From assembly GCF_963921235.1 (NCBI RefSeq), contig NC_086107.1:93870001-93934000 (forward strand): a DNA stretch of 64,000 nucleotides, in the 5' to 3' direction. This document shows, one piece after another, positions 12,963 to 24,718 of the stretch; positions within the stretch are counted from its first letter, which is position 1, and every line of letters starts with the position of its first letter. The translations under genes were made by a program, and so were the position numbers. The notes under the pieces were generated by a model. It was not told where the DNA came from and made no database searches. It worked only from the letters and a program-made list of their open reading frames with translations. This DNA comes from Mobula hypostoma (lineage: Eukaryota).

Positions 12963-13252
12963 TCTGAAAGCTGCCAACATAATCAAGCCCCATGCACCCT
13001 AGACAATCTCCTTTCTTCACCCTTCCAAGGGACAGAAGATACAGAAGTGTGAAAACGGGCACCACCAGGATCAAGGACAGCTTCTACTCTCTGTTCTAAG
13101 ACTCCTGAAGGGATGTCTTGTACAAAAAGATGAACTCTTGAGGTCACAGTTTACTTCATCAAGACGTTGCACTTTATTATCAACCTGCACTGTGCCTGTA
13201 ACACTATGTTCTGCATTTGTTTATTGCAGTTCCCTTGTACCACCTTGATGTA

Positions 13253-13475
13253 AACACAAGAGATGCTAGAAATCCAGAATAATACACACAAAATGCCAGA
13301 TGAACTCAGCAGGTCAGGTAATATCTGTGAAAAAAAAATAAGGAATCAATGTTTCAGGCTAAGACCCTTCAGCAGAAGTCCTGTTGAATGATCTCAGACT
13401 GAAACATCAACTCTTTATCCCTTTCCATAGGTGCTGTCTGAGCTGCTGAGTTCCTCCAAAATTGTGTGTGTATGT
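13253..13475. mobile_element. Fold-back Penelope-derived short element with TSD
   Basis: Inverted arms. Direct flanks TACCACCTTGATGTA (13238-13252) and TACTACCTTGACGTA (13476-13490). Confidence 0.7.
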
Positions 13476-14403
13476 TACTACCTTGACGTACTTATTGTTT
13501 GAAATGACCTGCATGGATGGCATGCAAAACGAGGTTTTTCCACAGTATCTCGGTATAGGTGACGTTAACAAGTCAATTACCAAAGGCCAATGGCATGAAC
13601 TTCCATACACACTCACTGTCACCAGAGTCACAGTTGTGAAAAGTTTAACTGATTTCTCCCCTTCCTATTCTAATTTACACCCACACCAGAGCTGGTATCT
13701 ATATTCTGAAGATGTGGAAGGGTTTGAGTCCAATTCTGATAACCAACTTGTTCATACACATCTCCAAAGATATCTCAGAACTTTAAGCTCACCCTAGTTA
13801 TTGTACATTGCTCATAACAGATAGAAGGTCTGTCTTCTAGAGAGACAATAATATAGATTAATAATCACATCCTGTCAGCAATAAAACTCTAAGTCACAGG
13901 AGCAGAATTAGGCCATTTGGCCCATCCAGGCTGCTTCATGGCTCATTTATTATCCCTCTCAGCCCCATTCTCCAGCCTTCTCCCTGTAACCTTTGACATC
14001 CTTACTAATCAAGAACCTATCAACCTCCATATTAAATATACTCAATGACTTGGCTTCCACAGTCATCTGTGGTAATGAATTCTACAGATTCACCACTCTC
14101 TGGCTACAGAAATTCCTCCTCATCTCTGTTCTAAAGGGACATATTTGATTTCTGAGGCTAATTTCCATTAGGTCAACACACCAACCATCAGAGTTCATTT
14201 TACAAATACCCATTATGTTTCAACAGTGACAATACTGGGTTTTCACTCTTTATATCTGAGAATCAGCAAGTGAGGAATAGGATAGAGGTTCACCTTGAAC
14301 CCATTATCTTACCCTGACCTTGTTTAAACTATAGTACTCTGGTGGCAGCTAGTGGCCGGACCAGAACTCTGCAATAAAGGATCACAAATGAGTGGCAAGT
14401 CAT

Positions 14404-14409
14404 TTTATT
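14404..14409 (-). promoter_or_regulatory. Candidate emc10 polyadenylation signal (AATAAA)
   Basis: TTTATT on the + strand, about 175 nt downstream of the terminal-exon stop, in non-repeat sequence. Use of this site is not proven. Confidence 0.5.
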
Positions 14410-14583
14410 TTAAATCAACATTATAGCTCAGCTATTCATACTTCATTTTGTTGCCGTGAGTTTTGAATTGTCCAAATCCCGAGAATGTCAAAACCTCTGT
14501 CCGGCAAATAATGTGTATTTACAACATGCCACACTCCTCCGAGAAACTGCTGAACTTCCGATGCTTCCTCCCGCCTGCATTTA

Positions 14584-14685
14584 TCACCGTCCACCTCCAC
14601 CTGAGCCACCACCACCGTTCCCTCCGTTAGGATCCTGTGCTCCCGACATCATCAGGAAAATCACAATTGGAACGATGTACATCCA
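14584..14685 (-). CDS. emc10: EMC10 terminal exon CDS (transmembrane helix plus Gly-rich tail, membrane isoform)
   Basis: ctctgcttttcacag|TGG ATG TAC ATC GTT CCA..., phase 0. It translates as [33 protein letters not shown] (TGA then TAA), matching the EMC10 ending WMYIIPVVLFLMMSG...GGGGR. Confidence 0.97.
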   Translation of the reverse strand, partial: WMYIVPIVIFLMMSGAQDPNGGNGGGGSGGGGR

Positions 14686-14844
14686 CTGTGAAAAGCAGAG
14701 ACAGAAAGCAGATCATTTTCAGGCTCACCAGATTATGAAGAGGCATCACATCCTTTCAGTGAGTGAGAGGAAGATCAGATCACTGAGGTAAAATAATGAG
14801 CACAGATCTGTCCGGGATTAGACCTGTAGCTAGAGAGAAATGTT

Positions 14845-15730
14845 GTGCCAGGATGTAGAGCTGGGCTGAGAAGTTCAACATGGATAAGTGTGAAGTGATT
14901 CACTCTGGAAGGTCAAATTTGACGCAGAATACGGGGTTAATGACAGGATTCCTAGCAGTGTGGAGGAACAGAGGGATCTTAGACTCCATGCCCATAGATC
15001 CCTCAAAGTTGCTGAATAACTCGATAGGGTTAAGAAGCCGTATAGTGTGCCGGCCTTCATTAGTCTGGGGATTAAGTTCAAGAGCTGCAGGGTAATGTTG
15101 CAGCTCTATAAAACCCTGGTCAGCCCACACTTGGAATACTGTATTCAGATCTGGTCATTATAGGAAGAATTTGGAAGCTTTAGAGAGGATGCTGAGGAGA
15201 TTTACAAGGATGCTGCCTAGATTAGAAAATGTCTTATGTCTTATGAGGATAGGTTGAGCAAGCTATCTTATAATAATAATTCACCCCAGGTGAAAATTGC
15301 TAATACAAGGGGCACAATTTTCAAGGTAACATACAAAATGCTGTAGGAACACAGCAGGCCAGGCATCATCTATGGAAATCTCTCAAATGATTTCTTGATT
15401 TCCATAGATGTCGCCTGACCTGCTGAATTCCCCCAGCATTGTGTGTCTGTGCCTGGATTGAGTATCTGCAGCATATCCTGTATTTATAATTTTAAGATGA
15501 CTAAAGGGCATCAGAGGTAAGTTTTTTTTTGAAAAAAAAGAGCGGAGAGTATGTAGAAGACGTTGCCCAGGGGTGCAGGGTTGATGATGGTAACAGATAC
15601 ATTAAGGATATTTAAGAGACTCTTGGATGTTAGAAAAATGGAGGGCTATGTGGAAGGGAAGAATTAGATTGATCTTAGAGTAGGTTAAAAGGTCAGCACA
15701 ATATTATGGAGCAAATAGCCTGTGATGTTC
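14845..15730 (+). mobile_element. CR1 LINE 3' fragment with a nested fold-back element (~15330-15485)
   Basis: FNMDKCEVIHSGRSN... and the LYKTLV.PHLEYC.Q.W-type region. Confidence 0.7.
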
Positions 15731-17444
15731 TGAAACCATGGTAGGAGAGAAAGCATGCACATAGTCAAGGTCCATCCTCGTGATTAAGGAATCTGCACGT
15801 CCAAAAAGATGCGATTTTGGAAAGAATTTGCATCTCTACGCCCCCCACCCCTTGATAATTGCAGGCACGGTATTTATTTGTGGCTTAACAGAAAAGTGCT
15901 GTAGCTTTTAAAAAATGATTTTAAAATGGCTTCCTGCCCACTCGACATGCAAACATCATCGTTCTCCCATTTCACAAGGACCAACGAGAACCCCAGCCAT
16001 CCTGAAGAAAGAAGCCAGGCATATGTCCAGTTTTCATTCACACCGTGGAAATCTTCAAGAGGCCGTTCCTCAAGAAGGCAGCAATCAAAATCAGAATCAG
16101 GTTTATTACCACTTACATATGTGTTGAAATTTGTTGTTTTATGGCAGCAGTGCAGAGCAATACATAAAATTAAATTACTTCAGGATGCAAAAGAAATATA
16201 TCACCATTCAGGACCCTCACCACCTAGGATGTGACCGCTTCTCATTACTACCATCGAAGTGGAGATACAGGAGCCTGAAGACCCACACTCAATGATTCAG
16301 GAACAGCTTCTTCCCCTCCACCATTAGATTTCTCACTGGTCTATAAATCCATGAACACCATTGCATTTTTCCCTAACTTTAGCACTGTTTGCTTTTGTAA
16401 TTTGTGGTAATCTTATGTCTAAACTATAGCTGCAAAACGAATATCACGTCATAGGTCAGTGAAAATCAATCTGATTCTGATGTACACTGCAGTAAAAAGG
16501 GGGAAAAATCTGCAGAGAAGCTGACAACTCGGAAGGAGGACTAATCTGCTTCCTATCCGGCAATGATCCTTCCAGTACATCTGGAGGTACAAGAGACAAC
16601 AGATGCTGAAAATCCAAAGCAACAAACAAGAAGATTGAGTCACCCACATCTGTGAAGAGAAATTGACAGTTAACATTTCAGGTAGAAACCCTTCATCAGG
16701 ACTGGAAAGAGGGGAGGCATAATATAAAAAAGGTGTTGGGGGAGGGAGAAAGGAAGAGCTGGCAAGGTGGATCTAGGTGAGTGGGGAGAGGAGTGATAAC
16801 AGGTGAGGGGGAGTGGAAATGATACAAATAGCTGTGAGGTGACAGGTAGAAATGACAAAGGGCTGAAGAAGATGAAGGATGAGACGAAGGATGCAGATAC
16901 ACCAGGGACCTTTAAGAGTCTCAATTCAGACACATGCGTAAATGAAAAATTAAGGCCTATGTGGGAAGGAAGGGTTAGATTGATGTTGGAGTAAGTAAAA
17001 AGAGCCTGTACTTTGCTGTAGTGCTCTATGTGCATCCTAGTACTTGAATGTTCCATATTCTACAAATCTGATAGAAGAGACAAGTGGACCATGGAATAAA
17101 GAGATGTGGGAAGGGGAACCAGTGGGAGAGATGTCTGGATGATTGGCGAGTTTTCTTCCCAAAGCACCATAACCCAATATGGCCAGGCATAGGAATGACA
17201 AAGAACTGTCTCCCCTCATTCCCCACAGACATCAGAAGCCTAACCGCTTCCACAGACTGTCCCAACAAAGTCGAACATTATCCTCACCAAGTTCTCTCTG
17301 AGCAGGAATTATCAGATGGCAATTTGTAGCAGGAGCCCAGATAATTTCTTTCTCCTTTCTCTCATGGTGAGCAACTGCAGAACCGTCACAGATAAGTACT
17401 TGTAACACGATCCAAACATGAGTCGGTGATAAGGAAGGCAAGTG

Positions 17445-18955
17445 CGATGTTAGCAGAGGACTAAAATATAAAAGCAAGTATGTAATACTGAGACTTTATC
17501 AGGGATTGGTCAGACTGCACTTTTGAGCCCCTATCTAAGAAATGAGGTACTGGCATTGGAGAGCGACTGGAGGTGGTTCACGAGAATGATCCTAGGAATG
17601 AAAGGGTTAATGTATAAAGGGTCTGGGCCTGTATTCAATGCAGTTTAGAAAATTAAGCAGGTATCTCACGGAAAACTATTGAATATTGAAATGCCCAGAA
17701 AGAGTGGACGTGGAGAAGATGTTTCCTATAATGGACCAGGAGGCATAGTCTCAGAATAGAAGGACGTCCCTTTAGAACAGAGATGAAGAGGAATTCTAAG
17801 CCAGAAGTTTGTGTAGGGAATGTTTTACATAACACCATTAGTTTCAAAGTAATTATGGAAAAGGATAGGTCTGATTCTCTGGTTGAAATTCTAAATTGGA
17901 GAAAGGCCAATTTTGATGGTATCAGAAAGCATCTGGCAAGTCTGGATTGGTACAGGTTGTTTTCCGGCAAAGGTGTACTTGGCAAGCAGGAGTCCTTCAA
18001 AACCAAAATTTTGAGAGTACAGAGTTTGTATATTCCTGTCAGATTAAAAGGCAAAGATAACAGGCCTAGGGAACCTTGGTTTTCAAGAGATATTGAGGCC
18101 CTGGTTAAGAAAAAAAGAGGTACATAGTAAGTATCGGCAGGCAGGAACAAACAAGGTACTTGTGGAGTATAAATAATGCGAGTGAATACTTAAAGGAAAT
18201 CAGGAGGGCTAAAAGAGGACATGAGGTTGCTCCAGCAGACAAGCTGAAGGAGAATCCTAAGGGTTTCTACAGATACGTTAAAGCAAAAAGATTGCAAGTG
18301 ACAAAACCAGTCCTCTGGAAGATCAGAGGTAATCTATGGGTAGAGCTAAAAGAGGGGGGAGATCTTAAATGGATTTTTTTGCATCTAATTTATGTGGGAG
18401 ATGGACACAGAGTCTACAGATATGAGGCAATGCAGCAATGAGGTCATGTTTTTTTTTTACAGAGGACGTGTTTGCAAATTAGGGTGGATGAATTCCTAGG
18501 GCCTGACAATGTGTTCCCTCGGACTCCTTGGGAGGCTAGTGCAGAAATTGAAGGAGCTCTAGCAGAGATATTTAAAACATCTTAGCCAGGGGTGAGGTGT
18601 TGAATGGTTGTAGGATAGCTAATGTTGTTCTGTTTAAGAAAGGCTTAAGAATAAACCAGGAAATTATAGGCTGGTGAGCTGGACATCAGTAGTGGGAAAG
18701 TCTTGGAAGATATTCTAAAGGACTGGATACATAGATATTTAGATAGATGGGGACTGATCAGCAATGGTTAACATGGGTTTATGCATGTTAAGTCATGTCT
18801 AACCAATCTTATGAAGTTTTTTAAGGAAGGTTCTGCACAGGAAGTTCGTCAAGGAGGCTCAGTCACTTGGCATTCAAGATGAGGGATAATATATCAGCCA
18901 TGATGGAATGGTAGAACAGACTCAATGGGCCAAATGGCCCATATCTGCTCCTGTG
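17445..18955 (+). mobile_element. Nested CR1 LINE fragments
   Basis: HNTISFKVIMEKDR...LNWRKANFDGIRK, KENPKGFYRYVK and NYRLVSWTSVVGK motifs, with many stops. Confidence 0.75.
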
Positions 18956-19369
18956 GACTTTACAGCTCACCGTTGTGCACTTCCACCAGATGTTTCTAAC
19001 CTTCAGCATCACCACAAACCTATCTTACACCTAGCTGATTCCCTGCAACATCATGAAAGTGATTAGCCAAATTTATTACTGAGGTTGACAAAGGTAATTA
19101 GCTGCTTTTTTTTAATATCAGAGATGACATAGTCAATGACCTGAGGATGACATTTCAAGTGTCAGTAGGATAATAGATACAATCCAGAATCAGTCAGGCT
19201 CATTTACCAGTTTCACTGGAGAAAGATTTCAAACCAGTGGTTTCACAGGGGCACTCAGGAGTGAGTGTACCATAACTCTTTGTCAGACTCTGTTTCTTTT
19301 TAAGAGGTGGCTTGATGACAAAGGCCTTCAAACAATTCACCATCACAAGAAGCCATTTGATTTCCCCTA

Positions 19370-19930
19370 CACTCCATTGCTAATTTATTAGATACACTGC
19401 TCATTAATGCAAATAGCTAATCAGCTAAGCATGTGGCAACAACTCTATGCATAAAGACATGCCGACAATGGTCAGGAGGTTCAGTTTTTATTCAGACAAA
19501 ACATCAGAATAGGGAAGATACGTGATCTGAGTGACTTTTGACCGTAGAATGATTGTTGGTGCCAAACAGCATTGCTGGAGTATCTCAGAAACTGCTGATC
19601 TCCTGGGATTTTCATGCACAACGGTCTCTAGAGATTATAAAGAATAGTGTGAGAAACAAGAAAACATCTAGTGAATGATAGTTCTGTGGACGAAAACACT
19701 TTGTTAATGTGGAGTCAGAGAAGAATGGCCAGACTAGTTCAAGTTGACAGGAAGGCGACAGTAACTCAAGAACCACGCATTATGAAGGTGGTATGCAGAA
19801 GAGCATCTCTGACCATACAACACGTCAAACCTTGAAGTGGATAGACTACAGCAGCAGCAGACCATAAACATATACTCAGTGGCCACTTTGTTAAGTAGCC
19901 CCGGTATCTAATAAAGTGGCCACTGAGTAT
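19370..19930 (+). mobile_element. Internally deleted Tc1-like DNA transposon ending in a TIR palindrome
   Basis: Decayed transposase N-terminus (DLSDF.RMIVGA...SISETADLLGFS.TTVSR...RRMARLVQVDRKATVTQ). Degenerate left TIR TA-cactccattgctaatttattagatac. The right end is tactcagtggccactttgttaagta...tatctaataaagtggccactgagta. Confidence 0.8.
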
Positions 19931-21425
19931 ATAGCATTGGCACCGTCGCCATGTGCTAGTGGAAAAATGAGTTTTTAAAGTACACAAAGAACATTTAAAA
20001 TTAATACATGCAAGATAAAAATGTTAAAGTTTAAAACCACAGGAACATGGGAAAGATCCTGGTCCTCCACAGGTTTATGTTCTCGGCTTCCTACTCTACT
20101 CCCTTTACACTCATGACCACCTGGTCAAATTCTGCTAGAACTTCAGTTATAAATTTGTAGATGATATTAGGAAGGAGACAAAGAGCTTAGTGACATGGTG
20201 TCATGACAACAAGCTTTCACTCAACGTCAACAAAACAACAGAGCAGGTCATTGACTTCAGAGGGTGGGGTGGGTGGTCAAGTGTACATGCCCTACATCAT
20301 CAGTGCTGAGGTTCACAGGGTTGAGAGCTTCAAGTTCTTAGATGTAGACATCCCCATCATCCAAACACATTGATGTCGCAGCCAAGAAAGTTCACCAACA
20401 CCTCTACTTCCTTAGGAGGTCGAAGAAATTGAGCATACCTATCCACATACCAAGATTTATTACCTTGAATGGATCTGTTGTATGATATGATGGTCTCTTG
20501 GCCTCACAACCTACCCCTTTATGATCTTGCACTTTATTGTTCACCTGCACAGAACTCTTTCAGTTGCTACTACACTTGTGTTGTTATTGTTTTACTTTAT
20601 TCTAACTCTATGTAATTATTTGACCTGGGTGAACAGTATGCAAGACAGGCTTTTCAATGCATCTAGGTACACATGACAATAATGAACCAATTTCAATAGC
20701 ACAGCTTGGTATGGTGATTCCTCTGCCTAAGACCAGAAGAAATTGCAGAGAGTTGTGAACACAGCCCAGACCACCATGAAAAGGAGCACCCCCCCCCCAT
20801 AGACTCTGATACAATTCCCGCTCCCTTGGGAAAACAGGCAGCATAATCAAGGACTACCTCTTCTACCCACTTCCATCAGGGAAAAGACACAAAAGTTTGA
20901 TAGCACATATTACTGGGCTTAAGGACGGCTTCTATCCTGCTGTTGTTAAGACTCTTGAATAAACCTCTTATACAATAAGGATGAACTCTTGATCTCTCAT
21001 TCTGCCTTGAATGGACAAGCCACCTTATTTGTTTCTCTGTATTACGCTTCCTGTTACTGCATTCTGTTTCTTTCTCCTTTCTTTGACCACCTTGATATAC
21101 TGATGTTTGGAATAATCTGTCTGGATGGCATGCAAACAAAAGCTTTTTGCTGTACCTTGGTACATGGGACAATAATAAACCATTTACCAAGCTTCTAATG
21201 GCAATATTTAGAAAATGCAAACACATCATCAACACAACACCAACCAGTCTCCCAGTTCAAGCGAGCACACTAATTGTGACTCTTGTGGCTTTAAAATTAA
21301 GATTAGCTTTATTTGTCACATGTATATTGAAGCATACAGTGAAATGTGTCATTTGCATCAAATCAAATCAGTGAGGATGGTGCGGGGCAGCCCACAAGTT
21401 TTGACAACCTTCCAGATCCAACATA

Positions 21426-21815
21426 CAGTAATGTGCAAAAAATTTTAGGCATATATAGTATACAGTTAGGGTGCCTAAGACCCTTCAGTCCTGATGAAGG
21501 GTCTAGGCCCAAAACACCAACAGTTTACTCTTTTCCATAGATGTTGCCTGACCTGCTAAGTTCCTCCAGCATTTTGTGTGCATTGTTTTGGATTTCTATC
21601 ATCTGCACATTTTCTCGTGTTTATGCCCAAGACTTTTGCACAGTTCTGTATATTATGTCTTTCCAGTTACTAAATAACATTTAATACTACTGAGCTAATA
21701 CAAAGTACTCTCATTTCTGTTTCCCAGTCACCTTACTATTTTAATCCAATATACAGTACTGTGCAAAAGCCTTAGGCACCCCAGCTATATGTGTCTAAGA
21801 CATATGGACAGTACT
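21426..21815. mobile_element. Composite of two Tc1-like micro-MITEs (21426-21648 and 21754-21815) inserted at a TA in a V-SINE
   Basis: TIR cagtactgtgcaaaagtcttaggca. The V-SINE is contiguous across the block (ccaacaTA|...|TAgcataaccacaactcac). A Penelope-derived piece is nested at about 21481-21622. Confidence 0.7.
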
Positions 21816-22200
21816 TAGCATAACCACAACTCACAAACCCTCACTGTATGTCTTTGAACATATTTACACTGGAGCTGTAAAGCATTACACTACCATGCAG
21901 CACCAACATGCATTTTAAAATCACAAATCACAACCCCCACAATAAATGTTTACTGGCATATTTATGACATTGTTAACAAATAACAGAGCCCATTCCAAAT
22001 TCTTGGAGGACTAAAGATCTTCCTCAGCTTTCAAATCCCATCATCTTTTTCTATCAAGTAATTTCAGGGAATAAGAATTCAAGGCCCCCCCCCACCCTCA
22101 TGTCAAGGTGACCCCTATCATTGTCCTCTGGATTCTTTCACCCATTTCCAAAATGCAGTCAGTCAAGTACCCACTGAGCCTCTTTATTCAGCATTTTGAT

Positions 22201-22315
22201 ATCAGTCGGTGGTCAGTCACCTCGAGGCAAGGTCAATCAGATGGTAGGCAGTCACCTTGGCAAGGTCAATCAGTCGATGGTCAGTCACCTTGGCAAGGTC
22301 AATCAGTCAGTGATC
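22201..22315. repeat. 33-bp minisatellite, about 3.4 units
   Basis: Unit approximately ATCAGTCGATGGTCAGTCACCTTGGCAAGGTCA. Confidence 0.85.
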
Positions 22316-22824
22316 ATTAAGTAGCCAACCAATCCAGAGCAAGGCTGCCTCATAACCCTGTTCATCATTCCCATAGGGAAATGATCCACTGACATAACCT
22401 TCAAAGCTTCGTAACTCAGAATGGCTCATAAAGCTCTATAACCAACAGCGTTAAAAATGAAAGGAACACAAGGCCGTATTAATCAAAATATTTTCATTCA
22501 TCATCTCTCCTGAAGCACCTTGGTGACCATTTACCACGAGTGTTGACACTCGAGCCAGCCTCCTTGATCTTAGTCATAGTCATACTTTATTGATCCCAGG
22601 GGATATCTTAAGTAATGTTATAGTTGGGCTCCTCCCTGTTTTTAATTAAAATCCATACGGTATCTTTCAGCAAATAGAAGCCAATCAGCAAACCTTTGTC
22701 AAATCCGTCAGGAAGAATACAGGGTTAAGGAGTTATTATGTCAGGCAGTGGAAGGGGGACATACAGATCAGAGCTTCCTTGTACATAAACAATCTTCTAC
22801 TTGGATTTACAGTTTTCTGATCAT

Positions 22825-23348
22825 TGGTGAGAAATAAGCAGTAAGACAATTCAGAACCGTTTTGCTCACTGCAGTTTTGAGCATGCGGGCCGGAGATGCC
22901 AGAAACGGCTGCGAGTGAAAATGAAACAATTTCACTACTTCAACAAGTTAGAAATTATGAAGGTATTGACAATCATCTTGAATGATACAATGAATCTAAA
23001 GATTTGGAGGATGCATTGTCTAAAGCATTGTATGAAGACAGTCCATTATCTGCACTAGCTGTCTGTGCTGATTTTGTTCATTTAAAGTCAATCAAAAGAA
23101 CACAACAGATGAATTTCTCTGTCAATAACTATAAAGAATACAGTTCTATAGTACAGTAAAAGTATTGGTAGCACTCTAATTGTTCTGTTATTTCATTTAA
23201 AAACATAAATTGTTACTCAGTTAAACAGAAGTTTGTCTTTTTTAAACCTTTTAACTATTTCCATGAAACTTCGGCTAATTGGGACAGCCACTTAATTGGG
23301 CCAAAATGTACTGGTCCCAATATGTCCCAAAGAAACAGAATCCACTGT
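22825..23348 (+). mobile_element. Tigger/pogo-like non-autonomous element, right half
   Basis: Same sequence as the 30395-31780 element. It includes the W.EISSKTIQN.FAHC.F motif and the right TIR ...gtcccaa...aatccactg-TA. Confidence 0.7.
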
Positions 23349-23399
23349 ATATGGTGACATATACATACCTTGATAATAAATTTACTTTGAACTTCCTGG

Positions 23400-24718
23400 T
23401 GGCCACTTCGGTGTCTGGCCCAAGTGCTACATCATGCTGAGGTTCAGCTGTTCACAGAGTTGCTGAGAATGAACCAAGCCTTGTTGGACGTTGCCACACT
23501 ACCTGTCCCTTGTGGAAAAAAATCCTGTAAAATAGCACCTTTGACCACAAGTCACTCAGGCAATGGTTAGCCAAGAACATCCTAAAGATACTGTGGGAAG
23601 ACACAATGGGCCTTCCGGGATTGCTCCCTGAGCATCCTGCCTTAATTATTTGCGACAATGCTTCTGCACCAGATTTTGGCAACAAGCACCAAGACCTCAC
23701 TTGTCTGGTAGGCGAGAGGCACCTACCCATTCCACAACTCCTGCACAGTGGTAAATTCATTTGCAATGCATATAGCTACAGTGTAACTCAGGCAAATGTC
23801 CACAACTTTGTGGATTGTGGATTTACCAAAAAAAACCTCAGGAAAAGAATGTAAGGATCCTTGTCAAGAAGCATCATGTTGGATTAGGGTGTTAAATTCA
23901 TATCTTCCTTGTAATTCCCAATGCTTGCTTATAATTTTTATCTGAACACCTACATACATGCAATTGTTCAGTAAACTTTCTAGTAATTGTAGTATAGCTG
24001 ACACTGTATTTTCTAGAAACTTCTCAGTTTTTCTGCAGCAGGTGTCACACAACTTGAACCAGGCTATTTCCTAGGTTAATTATTATCACTGAATGTTTTA
24101 TCTCTAGTCTGAGTATGAGACACGATGACTTCTTTTTCTTTGCTTTCTTTTCTTAGTTCATTTATTTTTTTGTACTTGTAACACTTTGTAATACTTCATA
24201 AAACTGCTGTAATCACCAAGTTTTATGCGTCATTCTTGACTTCTGAATAACTGCTAAATATTATAACCACGTCCAACAATTCCAGCAGCAATACAACAGA
24301 GGATTCACTGACTGATATGCTGTTCGAAAGAGTGAACTGCTGGAAGGTCATCAACACAGTGAAAAACAATTTTTGATCAGGCCGAAACCTGTTGGTCTTC
24401 CAGTGCGGTGAGATGGCCACATGTGAACTGGTACCTTCAGGCTGTAGGAATACATGCTGAGGAATGAACCGAAGTTCAGTGCAGCCAACACATCGTAGGG
24501 AAGGACTGTACTCCAAATTCCTGCTGCCACTGGGTACCAAGTGGTTGGATCCTATCTAACAGGCCCACAAACATTTTAAGGCTACACCGTTCAGAGGCCA
24601 TGAGTGTCACTGCCATGTCATATCCAGAATATAATAGAATGGACAACAGTACAAATGTAAAGAAAGCTATGCAGTTTTTTTTGTGTTTTTATGAATAAAG
24701 TTTATCTTTGAAAAAAAA
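23400..24718 (+). mobile_element. Tx1-like LINE 3' fragments (about 23400-23750 and 24270-24718)
   Basis: FDHKSLRQWLAKNILKIL...NASAPDFGNKHQDL and TEDSL...CWKVINTVKN...GRNLLVFQ, ending in aataaagtttatctttgaaaaaaaa. Confidence 0.65.

Noticed and set aside
14456..14791. 111-aa plus-strand Pro-rich ORF
   Set aside because: It is the antisense reading of the Gly-rich emc10 terminal exon.
22201..22315. CRISPR-like 33-bp periodicity
   Set aside because: The units are tandem with no unique spacers, the context is eukaryotic and there are no cas genes.
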